From a virus (taxonomy: Duplodnaviria > Heunggongvirae > Uroviricota > Caudoviricetes): 56,408 nucleotides of DNA. Under the pieces are notes generated by a model. That model was not told the origin of the DNA. It did no database searches and was given only the letters and a program-made list of their open reading frames with translations. The position numbers and the translations under genes are program-made. Below, piece after piece: positions 1 to 7,493 of this stretch (positions within the stretch are counted from its first letter, which is position 1; every line of letters begins with the position of its first letter). The DNA is taken from IMG/VR virus record IMGVR_UViG_3300026549_002476, one strand, 5' to 3'.

Positions 1-708
1 ATGATTTACTTAACTGGGGATATTCATAGACAAGGAACAGTAAGTAGGTTTGAAGGTTTAACAATGTTACATAATGTTAAACCAGAAGACTACTTAATTA
101 TCTGTGGGGATGTAGGGTGTCTTTGGTATGGACATCCAAAAGATGATGAATTACTAGCTGAATATGATAAAATTCCATATAAAATCCTTTGGGTGGATGG
201 AAATCATGAAAATTTCGATTTAATGAAACAATATCCTCATGAAACATGGCATGGTGGAGATATACAGGTTATAAGTAAAAATTCTTATAGATTATGCCGT
301 GGACAGGTATTTAATATAGATGGATATAAGGTCTTCACATTTGGTGGAGGTTTAAGCATAGATAGATACAGAAGAGTTGAACATGAATCTTGGTGGGCTG
401 ATGAATGGCCATCTGAAGAAGAAAAAGAGACAGCATTTAAAAATCTTGAAGCTAATAACTGGAAAGTTGACTATGTTGTGACTCATGCAGCACCAAGAGA
501 AATTAGAAATAGGCTTATTTACTATTCAGTTCCACTAATAATGAGAGATTGTAAGACAGAAGATTTTCTAGAAGAAGTATATGCAAGGTTGGAGTTCAAA
601 CATTGGTTCTTTGGCCATTATCACAAAAATATGAACATTGGTGATAAGTTTACAATGTTGTACGATGGATATACTTCTATCAATAATCCTCAGCATATAG
701 AATATTAA
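1..708 (+). CDS. Calcineurin-like metallophosphoesterase
   Basis: Motifs in order: GDIH, GD(VG), GNHEN, THAAP, FGHYH. The ORF begins MIYLTGDIH, a typical family N-terminus, so it is probably complete. Confidence 0.9.
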   Translation: MIYLTGDIHRQGTVSRFEGLTMLHNVKPEDYLIICGDVGCLWYGHPKDDELLAEYDKIPYKILWVDGNHENFDLMKQYPHETWHGGDIQVISKNSYRLCRGQVFNIDGYKVFTFGGGLSIDRYRRVEHESWWADEWPSEEEKETAFKNLEANNWKVDYVVTHAAPREIRNRLIYYSVPLIMRDCKTEDFLEEVYARLEFKHWFFGHYHKNMNIGDKFTMLYDGYTSINNPQHIEY

Positions 709-721
709 ATTAAATTAGAAC

Positions 722-751
722 TTGACAAAAGGTATAAAAATGTGTTATATT
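722..751 (+). promoter_or_regulatory. sigma-A/sigma70-like promoter
   Basis: TTGACA (722-727), 18-bp spacer, extended -10 TG-n-TATATT (743-751), upstream of ORF 791. Confidence 0.65.
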
Positions 752-790
752 ATATACAAAATAAGATTTGACAAACTGAGGTAATTTATT

Positions 791-1675
791 ATGAAGTACT
801 TAAGAATAAAAGTTAACAATGCTGTCAAGGTTTTAAACCTTGTTAAACAATTTATAATTGTCCCAAGTAGTATTGACCTTGAGGGTAAAGATAAATATAA
901 TTATGAAGTAACCAAGAGAAACTTAATTACTATTAGTGAGCCTGTAAGTAAAAATACATACATAGAAATGCTCAATGGAGTTAAGAAAAGACTTGGAATA
1001 GACTCAAGTGTTACACATGGACATTGCAATTATAAAATATATGCCTTTGGAACAGATAAAGACATAATAGATAAAGAGTTTGGAAGTAGAGTTTATTTTG
1101 AGGATAAACATAAAAAAGATAAACATAAAAAAGAAGATAAGATTAGCAGTGTATTAAATATTGAACGACCAAAGGTAGAAATTAAAACATTTGCAGAGAT
1201 TGAAGAAGAGGATAGGCAAAGAGCTGGTAATGTTAAATCAAAGGCATTTGTAAAATTAATTGCACCATATAAATATGCATTAGAAGATAAGAAAAATGAA
1301 GGTTCGATAAGCAGTGAAGTTAAGACAGTAGATAAAGCACCTGAACAAACTGAAGTTAAGACAGAAAGTAAACCAAAGAAAAAGGCAAATAAAAGAACCT
1401 TAGCAGTCTTAGATGATACAGATACAGATAAGAAAGAAACAAACACAGCAGTTAAAGTTAAAACACCAAATAATAAAACAAAAGCAGTTAAAAAGAGAGC
1501 TTCAACTAGTAAAAATACCAAGAAAAATGATTCAGTCAAAAATAATTTTGTAACTGCATTAAATTTTTTGATCTGTAAATACTCTGAATTAGGTGATGAA
1601 GATGCAGTTAGAAAGCAGAATGTACTTAATGAAATAAAGAAAGATATAGAAGATAAACATATAGAAGTGGAGTAA
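791..1675 (+). CDS. Hypothetical protein with Lys/Thr-rich, probably disordered C-terminal half
   Basis: 294-aa ORF after a GAGG RBS. Contains a 15-bp duplication (DKHKK x2, 1103-1132). No family recognised. Confidence 0.75.
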   Translation: MKYLRIKVNNAVKVLNLVKQFIIVPSSIDLEGKDKYNYEVTKRNLITISEPVSKNTYIEMLNGVKKRLGIDSSVTHGHCNYKIYAFGTDKDIIDKEFGSRVYFEDKHKKDKHKKEDKISSVLNIERPKVEIKTFAEIEEEDRQRAGNVKSKAFVKLIAPYKYALEDKKNEGSISSEVKTVDKAPEQTEVKTESKPKKKANKRTLAVLDDTDTDKKETNTAVKVKTPNNKTKAVKKRASTSKNTKKNDSVKNNFVTALNFLICKYSELGDEDAVRKQNVLNEIKKDIEDKHIEVE

Positions 1676-1677
1676 TT

Positions 1678-1878
1678 ATGAAATTAGAAACTTTTATAAA
1701 GGCAGCACCAAAAGTAGCTAACTTAAGAATTAAAGATGTACGGAGTGATGTGTATATAGGAACAGTGTCTGGGTTTATGGGTTCTATTGAAGAAAAAAAC
1801 TATGGTAAGTGGACAGTAAACTCTTGCAATTATTATCCAAATCAAATGCTTTACATTATAAGCATTATGGAAGGATAA
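1678..1878 (+). CDS. Small hypothetical protein
   Basis: 66-aa ORF, GGAG RBS, directly after the stop of ORF 791. Confidence 0.65.
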   Translation: MKLETFIKAAPKVANLRIKDVRSDVYIGTVSGFMGSIEEKNYGKWTVNSCNYYPNQMLYIISIMEG

Positions 1879-1886
1879 TTTATTAT

Positions 1887-2024
1887 GATTCATGTGGACA
1901 ACAATCTGTGAATCTTACAGCAATTAATTTAAATTGGGTCCTGTTTCAGGAAGTGTCACTGTATGAGTGGTTCATACAGTGACACAAATAGGGTCAGACT
2001 TATTGTATTAAGTCTGACCCTATT
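1887..2024 (+). repeat. Cluster of hairpins containing a copy of the ACAGCAA motif (candidate structured RNA or terminator)
   Basis: GATTCA(1887)/TGAATC(1909-1914) stem. Perfect 14-bp IR 1953-1966/1972-1985. Perfect 16-bp IR 1987-2002/2009-2024. Confidence 0.6.
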
Positions 2025-2102
2025 ATTATAACTAAGTTGACATAAGAATATAAATAGATATATTTTAATTTAAAAATTAGTTAGAGAAATGAGGATGCAA
2101 AC

Positions 2103-2255
2103 ATGAGTAATGATGTTGATAATCTTGAAGTTGAAGTTGTTAAATCTCCTAGAAAGAAGAGACGTGAAATAGCCATTAGTACAGCAATTGTAATTGCTTT
2201 TGTGGCTTCAGTAACCACTGGTTTGGCTGTGTGGTATGCAAAAGAAAAGTGCTAA
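2103..2255 (+). CDS. Small single-pass membrane protein (not in the ORF track)
   Basis: MSNDVDNLEVEVVKSPRKKRREIAISTAIVIAFVASVTTGLAVWYAKEKC, with a GAGGA RBS at 2091-2095. A basic patch precedes one hydrophobic helix. Confidence 0.65.
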   Translation: MSNDVDNLEVEVVKSPRKKRREIAISTAIVIAFVASVTTGLAVWYAKEKC

Positions 2256-2299
2256 TCGCTGGTGGATTAAAATTTTTTTGAAAAATATTTAAAATGGGG

Positions 2300-2328
2300 T
2301 TGATTTAGGATTTAGGATGTGATATAGT
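2300..2328 (+). promoter_or_regulatory. sigma-A-like promoter with extended -10 for the DUF2828 gene
   Basis: TTGATT (2300-2305), 17-bp spacer, TG-n-TATAGT (2320-2328). Implies a ~205-nt 5' leader. Confidence 0.65.
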
Positions 2329-2333
2329 ATTGA

Positions 2334-2526
2334 TGTTGAGAGATGAAGTCGCGAGCAGATCTCAGCAGAATAGATTGGTTGTGATGCTAACAGCAATAAC
2401 TATTATAAAATTTTAGGATAAAAACAAATTTTATGCATCATGTGGCCAAAAATTAAATAGACATCCCTGTGATACTTACAGCAATAAATTAAAACAAATT
2501 TTGGAATGTTTGATTATGTATCATGT
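2334..2526 (+). ncRNA. Candidate cis-regulatory structured RNA leader with two tandem covarying units
   Basis: Hairpin 2334-2341/2360-2367. Unit 1: GTGATGC(2381)-TAACAGCAATAA...GCATCAT(2435). Unit 2: GTGATAC(2469)-TTACAGCAATAA...GTATCAT(2518). A compensatory G-C to A-T change is seen between the units. Confidence 0.55.
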
Positions 2527-2540
2527 AAAGGAGAAAAATT

Positions 2541-4049
2541 ATGAGTAAGCTTAGTGAAGCTATCGACAACGAGGCAAAGTGGACAAAGACTCAGAACGGT
2601 GCAGATGCACTTAATACGACTGGTTCACAATGCCTCAATTTTTTTGCAACAAGTGGTGCTTTGAGAGATGTTCCTGAGGTTCAGAAGAACCAGTTATTTG
2701 GGGCTGCATATTCAGAGAATCCTGATTGGGCAATGAAGTTATTGTTTTATACTCGTGACTTCAGAGAAAACCATGGATATGGTGAAAGAAAGACTTTCAC
2801 TGATATTTTGCATAACCTTGCAAAGGTTCATCCGGAATCAGTCAGAAAGAACCTTTGGGCTATAATGGAATTTGGGTATGCAAAAGATTTGTACTGTCTA
2901 ATTGATACTCCAGTAGAGAATGACATGTGGGATTTTATGAAGTCTCAGTTTGAACTTGATTATCAAAACATGATGGAAGGTAAGAACATCAGTTTGCTTG
3001 CAAAGTGGATTGCAACTCCTGATGCATCTTCTGATAATACTAAGGCACTTGGTAAGTTAACTGCTAAAAAGCTGGGATATAATTATAAGACTTTGCGTTA
3101 TTACAAGCAAAAGTTGCGTAAACTTAGAAAGTATCTCAATTTACCTGAAATCAAGATGGCAGCTAACAAGTGGGGTGAGATTGAATATGCTAATTGTGCT
3201 TCTCATGCAATTATGAAGCATGGTAGTGCATTTGCAAGACATGACACTGATAGATGGAATGAATATCTTGAAAGTGTAAACAATGGTAATACAAAGATTA
3301 ACGCTGATGTTCTTATGCCAGTAGAAGTATTGGTGAAAGAACTTAGGAGCCAAAGCAGCGATATTCAGCTTTGTGAAACACTTTGGAAAAATCTTCCAAA
3401 CATTGTAGCTGATAATGAAAATGTACTTGTTATGGCAGATACTTCTGGTTCTATGACGTGGACTAATGGAAATCATGTTCCACCGATTGCTGTTGCATGC
3501 GCACTTGCAATTTATTTCTCTGAACGTCTGAAAGGGGATTTAAAGAATAGGTTTATGACCTTTAGCAGTAATCCGCACTTTGTACACATTGCTGGTGGTA
3601 CTTTGACAGATAAATATCTGCAGATTGCAAATCATACTGACTGGGGATGTTCTACTGATCTTAAAGCAGCCTTTGACAAGCTTTTGAAAGTTGCCATCAA
3701 TTCTCATATGGAGTCAGCTGATATGCCAAAGGCTATTATGGTTATATCTGACATGCAGATTGATGAGTCTGTTGATGAATATGATAATCATTCTGGCAAA
3801 GTGACATTTACAGATGAGATCAGAAAGGAATACAATGACAATGGATATGAACTTCCACAGATCATTTACTGGAATGTAAATGCTAGCACTCCTGTATTTC
3901 ATGCATCTATGAATGATAATGGTGTAGCACTTGTATCTGGGTATTCAGTGAATGTGTTTAAGCAGGTTATGGAGTCCATTGGACAGACACCTATGGATGT
4001 AATGATGAAAGTCATTAATGATCCTAGATATAGTGAGATCACTGCATAA
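2541..4049 (+). CDS. DUF2828-family TROVE-like / von Willebrand A domain protein (Ro60-related)
   Basis: N-terminal TQNGA..LNFFATSGALR, KLLFYTRDFR...GYGER, LLAKW. C-terminal vWA MIDAS motifs ADTSGSM, T(DL), ISDMQ, IIYWNV, LVSGYS. Confidence 0.85.
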   Translation: MSKLSEAIDNEAKWTKTQNGADALNTTGSQCLNFFATSGALRDVPEVQKNQLFGAAYSENPDWAMKLLFYTRDFRENHGYGERKTFTDILHNLAKVHPESVRKNLWAIMEFGYAKDLYCLIDTPVENDMWDFMKSQFELDYQNMMEGKNISLLAKWIATPDASSDNTKALGKLTAKKLGYNYKTLRYYKQKLRKLRKYLNLPEIKMAANKWGEIEYANCASHAIMKHGSAFARHDTDRWNEYLESVNNGNTKINADVLMPVEVLVKELRSQSSDIQLCETLWKNLPNIVADNENVLVMADTSGSMTWTNGNHVPPIAVACALAIYFSERLKGDLKNRFMTFSSNPHFVHIAGGTLTDKYLQIANHTDWGCSTDLKAAFDKLLKVAINSHMESADMPKAIMVISDMQIDESVDEYDNHSGKVTFTDEIRKEYNDNGYELPQIIYWNVNASTPVFHASMNDNGVALVSGYSVNVFKQVMESIGQTPMDVMMKVINDPRYSEITA

Positions 4050-4061
4050 GGTGTAAAAACC

Positions 4062-4097
4062 AATAGCCAGAGCTTAATATAAGCTCTGGCTATTTTT
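4062..4097 (+). terminator. Intrinsic terminator
   Basis: 15-bp perfect IR (4062-4076/4080-4094) followed by Ts, just after the DUF2828 stop. Confidence 0.8.
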
Positions 4098-4116
4098 AGT
4101 ATACAAAGGAGATATT

Positions 4117-4701
4117 ATGATAATTTTTATTATTGGGCCGAGCAACTCTGGAAAAACAACATTAGCGGATAAAATTGTTAGTGAACTTAAATATAAGAAG
4201 ATTATTACATATACAACTAGAGATAAAAGACATAAAGAAATAGATGGTGCAGATTATCATTTTGTAGATGACAAATGGTTTAATAAGCATAGAAATATAT
4301 TTCTTGAATATACAGAGTATAATAATTGTAATTATGGAAGTTTAATTAAGGATTACCAAGATAATAGGGTAGTTGTTACAACACCAAGTGCTATTGAAGC
4401 ATATAATAAGGCAATAGACTCTGGGATCATTGAATATAACGGAAGTGTTGTGATATATTTAAATACTTCTGAAAAGGAACGTATTGCAAGAGCTATAGTA
4501 AGACATGATGATCTAGATGCATTTAAGAAAAGACTTATAGAAGACAAAGAAACTTTTAAAGAATACATTGAGAAATCTGGCAATAACAAGTTTTTGATTG
4601 AATTAGAGCCACTGAATTTGTCAGATGATAACAGTAAATTGATGAATAAACTTACTGAATTTGCTAGGGAGTGCACAAATGATATTTATTCTAGATACTG
4701 A
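4117..4701 (+). CDS. gmk: Guanylate kinase-like protein
   Basis: P-loop GPSNSGKTT, followed by ITYTTRDKRHKEIDGADYHFV and EYTEY..CNYG (GK signature region). Confidence 0.8.
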   Translation: MIIFIIGPSNSGKTTLADKIVSELKYKKIITYTTRDKRHKEIDGADYHFVDDKWFNKHRNIFLEYTEYNNCNYGSLIKDYQDNRVVVTTPSAIEAYNKAIDSGIIEYNGSVVIYLNTSEKERIARAIVRHDDLDAFKKRLIEDKETFKEYIEKSGNNKFLIELEPLNLSDDNSKLMNKLTEFARECTNDIYSRY

Positions 4702-4762
4702 AAATAGAAATGGCATTATGTTTACTAACAGAAGGTTTGGAAAGTCATTAGATAAAAATTAA
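4679..4762 (+). pseudogene. Truncated fragment resembling the N-terminus of a small conserved Firmicutes protein
   Basis: MIFILDTENRNGIMFTNRRFGKSLDKN* with a GGGAG RBS. Resembles the recalled pattern 'I.C.DD.NGM.FN.RRQS.D' but stops after 27 aa. Confidence 0.35.
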
Positions 4763-4829
4763 CATATAAATTGGCCTCGAATAAAAATATAAATAGTTTA
4801 TATTTTTATATATAAAGAGGGAAAATAGC

Positions 4830-6410
4830 ATGAAAAAGAAACAATTGTTAGCAGCTTTATTAAGTATATCAATGGCCTTTTCACTTGTTGGATGCAGCTT
4901 CTCATTTGGCAATATTCCAGATTTTGCTAGTCATAAAGATGAAGAGAGCAAGTCATCTGATGAAGATGAAAGCAGTGAGAAGTCCAAAGATGACAAAGAA
5001 GATCTTACTGTTAGTGATCTGACAGAAAAAGCTATTGACACTATCAATGATTCAGAGATCATGTCTAGTCATTATGAAGCTAATATGCGACTTAAGATTG
5101 ACGTTGCTGACGAATCTATGGGCATGAATTATAAGATGGATACTGACATTGCTATTGATAATGATAGCAATGGCAAAATGGAAGGATCAATATCTAATTC
5201 TGGGTATGGTTTTGATGAAGGGAACATGAACTTTATAGTTTATGTTGAGTCAGATACAGATGGTTGTACCACATATACTTCTGGAGATAATGGGAATAAT
5301 TGGGTAGTAACTAATAGTGATTCAAACACTATTCAGAAGGATTGTGGAGCAGTTAAAATGCTAGAGGCTATTGATCCTGATGCTGAAATTAAAAAGACAG
5401 AAGATGGCTATGTAATTGAAGCTGATTTACCCAGTGATGCTGTGATAGATGCTACTTCACTTACATCAGATACAGAAAGTACAGTTGATTTCTCATCTGC
5501 AGCTGAGACAAAAGTGCCTGCAACATTCACATTTAATGAGGATTATGAGTTATCTGGGTTTAACATTGATATGTCAGATATGCTAAAGTCTATTGTTGAA
5601 GGCAGTTATAATTCTGAAGATATTAAGACACTTGAAGACGCAGGACAGTCAATAGAATTAGAAACAGAGATGAATATTAAATTAGCAGACATTAAATATG
5701 ATGAGTATGATGCTAATGAAATTAAAGTTCCTGCTGACGTAAAGAAGAGTGCAGTATCAACAGATGATACAGACCTTTATCAGTCAATCGAAGGCACTGA
5801 AGAACACAGCAGTCCAGATAAAGAATATAGCAGTCCAGATAAAGAATATAGCAGTCCAGATAAAGAATATAGCAGTTCAGATAAAGAATATAGCAGTCCA
5901 GATAAAGAATATAGCAGTCCAGATAAAGATACTGACAAGGCTTCTGCATCAGCATTAAAAGAGCTCTTGAAGTTTTCATTTAATGGACATGATATTTCTC
6001 TCCCAGCATCACTTAGCGATTTTAAAGGATATGAAGTTGATCCATCAGATGAACAAACATTAGCTGCTGGGAACTCAACAGTTATATCTATTGAGAATGA
6101 TGATAATTACATTGTTGTCACTGCTAGGAATACAACAGATTCAACAAAAGACATTAAGGATTGTGACATAACTTCTGTAGATATCTCAGAATATGGTAAT
6201 GAAGGATCTGAGTTCACAATTAAAGGTTTAAAGTTTGGTGATTCTATTGATAATGTAAAACAGGTATTTGGAGAGCCATCTGAGGATTACAATGGTACAG
6301 ACGGATACTATTCAATGACATACAATGACGATGATGAAATCAGTAATATTGAATTTTATTTTAGTAATGATAAACTTATAGAAGTAAGCATGACCTATTG
6401 GCCAGATTAA
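4830..6410 (+). CDS. Acidic lipoprotein with LolA-like/DUF6612-like N-region, SSPDKEY repeats and a shared C-terminal domain
   Basis: Signal peptide with lipobox LVGC. The C-terminal domain (FSFNGHDISLPASL...GLKFGDSIDNVKQVFGEP) is paralogous to ORFs 6493 and 50623. Confidence 0.75.
   Translation: MKKKQLLAALLSISMAFSLVGCSFSFGNIPDFASHKDEESKSSDEDESSEKSKDDKEDLTVSDLTEKAIDTINDSEIMSSHYEANMRLKIDVADESMGMNYKMDTDIAIDNDSNGKMEGSISNSGYGFDEGNMNFIVYVESDTDGCTTYTSGDNGNNWVVTNSDSNTIQKDCGAVKMLEAIDPDAEIKKTEDGYVIEADLPSDAVIDATSLTSDTESTVDFSSAAETKVPATFTFNEDYELSGFNIDMSDMLKSIVEGSYNSEDIKTLEDAGQSIELETEMNIKLADIKYDEYDANEIKVPADVKKSAVSTDDTDLYQSIEGTEEHSSPDKEYSSPDKEYSSPDKEYSSSDKEYSSPDKEYSSPDKDTDKASASALKELLKFSFNGHDISLPASLSDFKGYEVDPSDEQTLAAGNSTVISIENDDNYIVVTARNTTDSTKDIKDCDITSVDISEYGNEGSEFTIKGLKFGDSIDNVKQVFGEPSEDYNGTDGYYSMTYNDDDEISNIEFYFSNDKLIEVSMTYWPD
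5808..5930 (+). repeat. In-frame 21-bp tandem repeat (~5.9 copies)
   Basis: Unit AGCAGTCCAGATAAAGAATAT, encoding SSPDKEY. Copy 4 has one substitution. Confidence 0.95.
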
Positions 6411-6428
6411 TAAATATAGGTGTCCATT

Positions 6429-6470
6429 ATACATAAGTGAGTTAAGCATAAACAACTCACTTATGTATTT
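6429..6470 (+). terminator. Intrinsic terminator-like 15-bp inverted repeat
   Basis: ATACATAAGTGAGTT (6429-6443) / AACTCACTTATGTAT (6454-6468). Confidence 0.7.
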
Positions 6471-6492
6471 ACTTAGAAAGGATAGAATGGGT

Positions 6493-7281
6493 ATGAAGAA
6501 TAAGTTGGTTACAATTTTAATTGCAGGTTTAACTATTATAAGTGTGAGTGGTTGCAGTCTTAATTTAAAAGATGCTGGTGGGCCAGTATCAAAGCCTATT
6601 GAACAGATGACTAATTCTGAAAAAGATAGTTATGATACCAGTACAAGTGAATCAGATACCAGTACAAGTGAATCAGATACCAGTACAAGTGAATCAGATA
6701 CCAGTACAAGTGAATCAGATACTAATAAACTGATAGCCACTGGAGAATATTCAGATGTAGCTAAAAGTACTGAGTTTACACTAGATGGCAAGACAATAAC
6801 ACTTCCTGCTTCTGTATCAGACTTTGATGGTTTTAAGATTGATGATGAATCCGACACAACTACCTTAGGACACCTGGAAAGCAGGTCAGTTTTACTTAAA
6901 AATGACAGTGGAAAATCTATTTATATAAACATTATTAATGATTCAGATACTAAGCAGGTACAGGATATAGAAGACTGTACAGTGGTTGGGGTTGTTTTTA
7001 TTACAGACCTTGGGATTGATGAACTAGACGTAGAATATAACGGAATTACTCTCGGGGAATCTATTTATGATGTTGTAGATAAATTTGGAGAACCAACTAA
7101 AGTTTTTGATGGTTACAATGATTATAAAGCAATGAACTATGATCGTGGATATATTACATATGTATATCATTATGAGGATCCTTCAAATTGGATTCATTCA
7201 TATGATAATGAACTTAGCCTTGATATTGACAATGGCATAATTACTAGAATTGAATTAGAGACAGGTAATATTTATAAATGA
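6493..7281 (+). CDS. Lipoprotein with DTSTSES repeats, paralogous to ORF 4830 (start revised from 6463)
   Basis: MKNKLVTILIAGLTIISVSGC lipobox. Contains FTLDGKTITLPASVSDF...GITLGESIYDVVDKFGEP. The track start at 6463 lies inside the terminator hairpin. Confidence 0.75.
   Translation: MKNKLVTILIAGLTIISVSGCSLNLKDAGGPVSKPIEQMTNSEKDSYDTSTSESDTSTSESDTSTSESDTSTSESDTNKLIATGEYSDVAKSTEFTLDGKTITLPASVSDFDGFKIDDESDTTTLGHLESRSVLLKNDSGKSIYINIINDSDTKQVQDIEDCTVVGVVFITDLGIDELDVEYNGITLGESIYDVVDKFGEPTKVFDGYNDYKAMNYDRGYITYVYHYEDPSNWIHSYDNELSLDIDNGIITRIELETGNIYK
6634..6723 (+). repeat. In-frame 21-bp tandem repeat (4 perfect copies plus a partial one)
   Basis: Unit GATACCAGTACAAGTGAATCA, encoding DTSTSES. Confidence 0.95.
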
Positions 7282-7304
7282 CAAAGATTTAGCAGTGATA
7301 AGAC

Positions 7305-7439
7305 ATGAAAAAGAAGTTTCATACACATGATTGCATGAGTATTAAGAAAATAAAAGACAGTAATAAAGAAACATTTACAGGTTCAAGAGATACTTTGATG
7401 AGTGAAGGTTATGAACCTTACAGAGTTTGTAAGTCATAA
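7305..7439 (+). pseudogene. Degenerate Ada-metal-binding-like domain fragment (not in the ORF track)
   Basis: MKKKFHTHDCMSIKKIKDSNKETFTGSRDTLMSEGYEPYRVCKS matches the 'KKFH..C..VK......GSR..L...GY.PC..C' pattern, but one Cys is Tyr and no good RBS is present. Confidence 0.5.
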
Positions 7440-7493
7440 ATAGCCTGTAAAGAAATTAAAAGAACAGTTTAAAAATGACAAGGGGTATTAGTT

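Noticed and set aside
1907-2487. TGTGA-starting motifs as CRP/FNR-type DNA sites
   Set aside because: There is no TCACA half-site at 6-bp spacing. The complementary arms are 45-50 nt away and covary, which favours RNA pairing.
1880-2540. tRNA or tRNA-like Y RNA (YrlA) next to the TROVE-like gene
   Set aside because: I could not find a cloverleaf or GTTCGA-type T-loop by eye. A tRNAscan/Infernal run is needed to exclude it fully.
5808-6723. 21-bp tandem repeats as CRISPR arrays
   Set aside because: The units are head-to-tail with no spacers, lie in-frame inside lipoprotein genes, and no cas genes are present.
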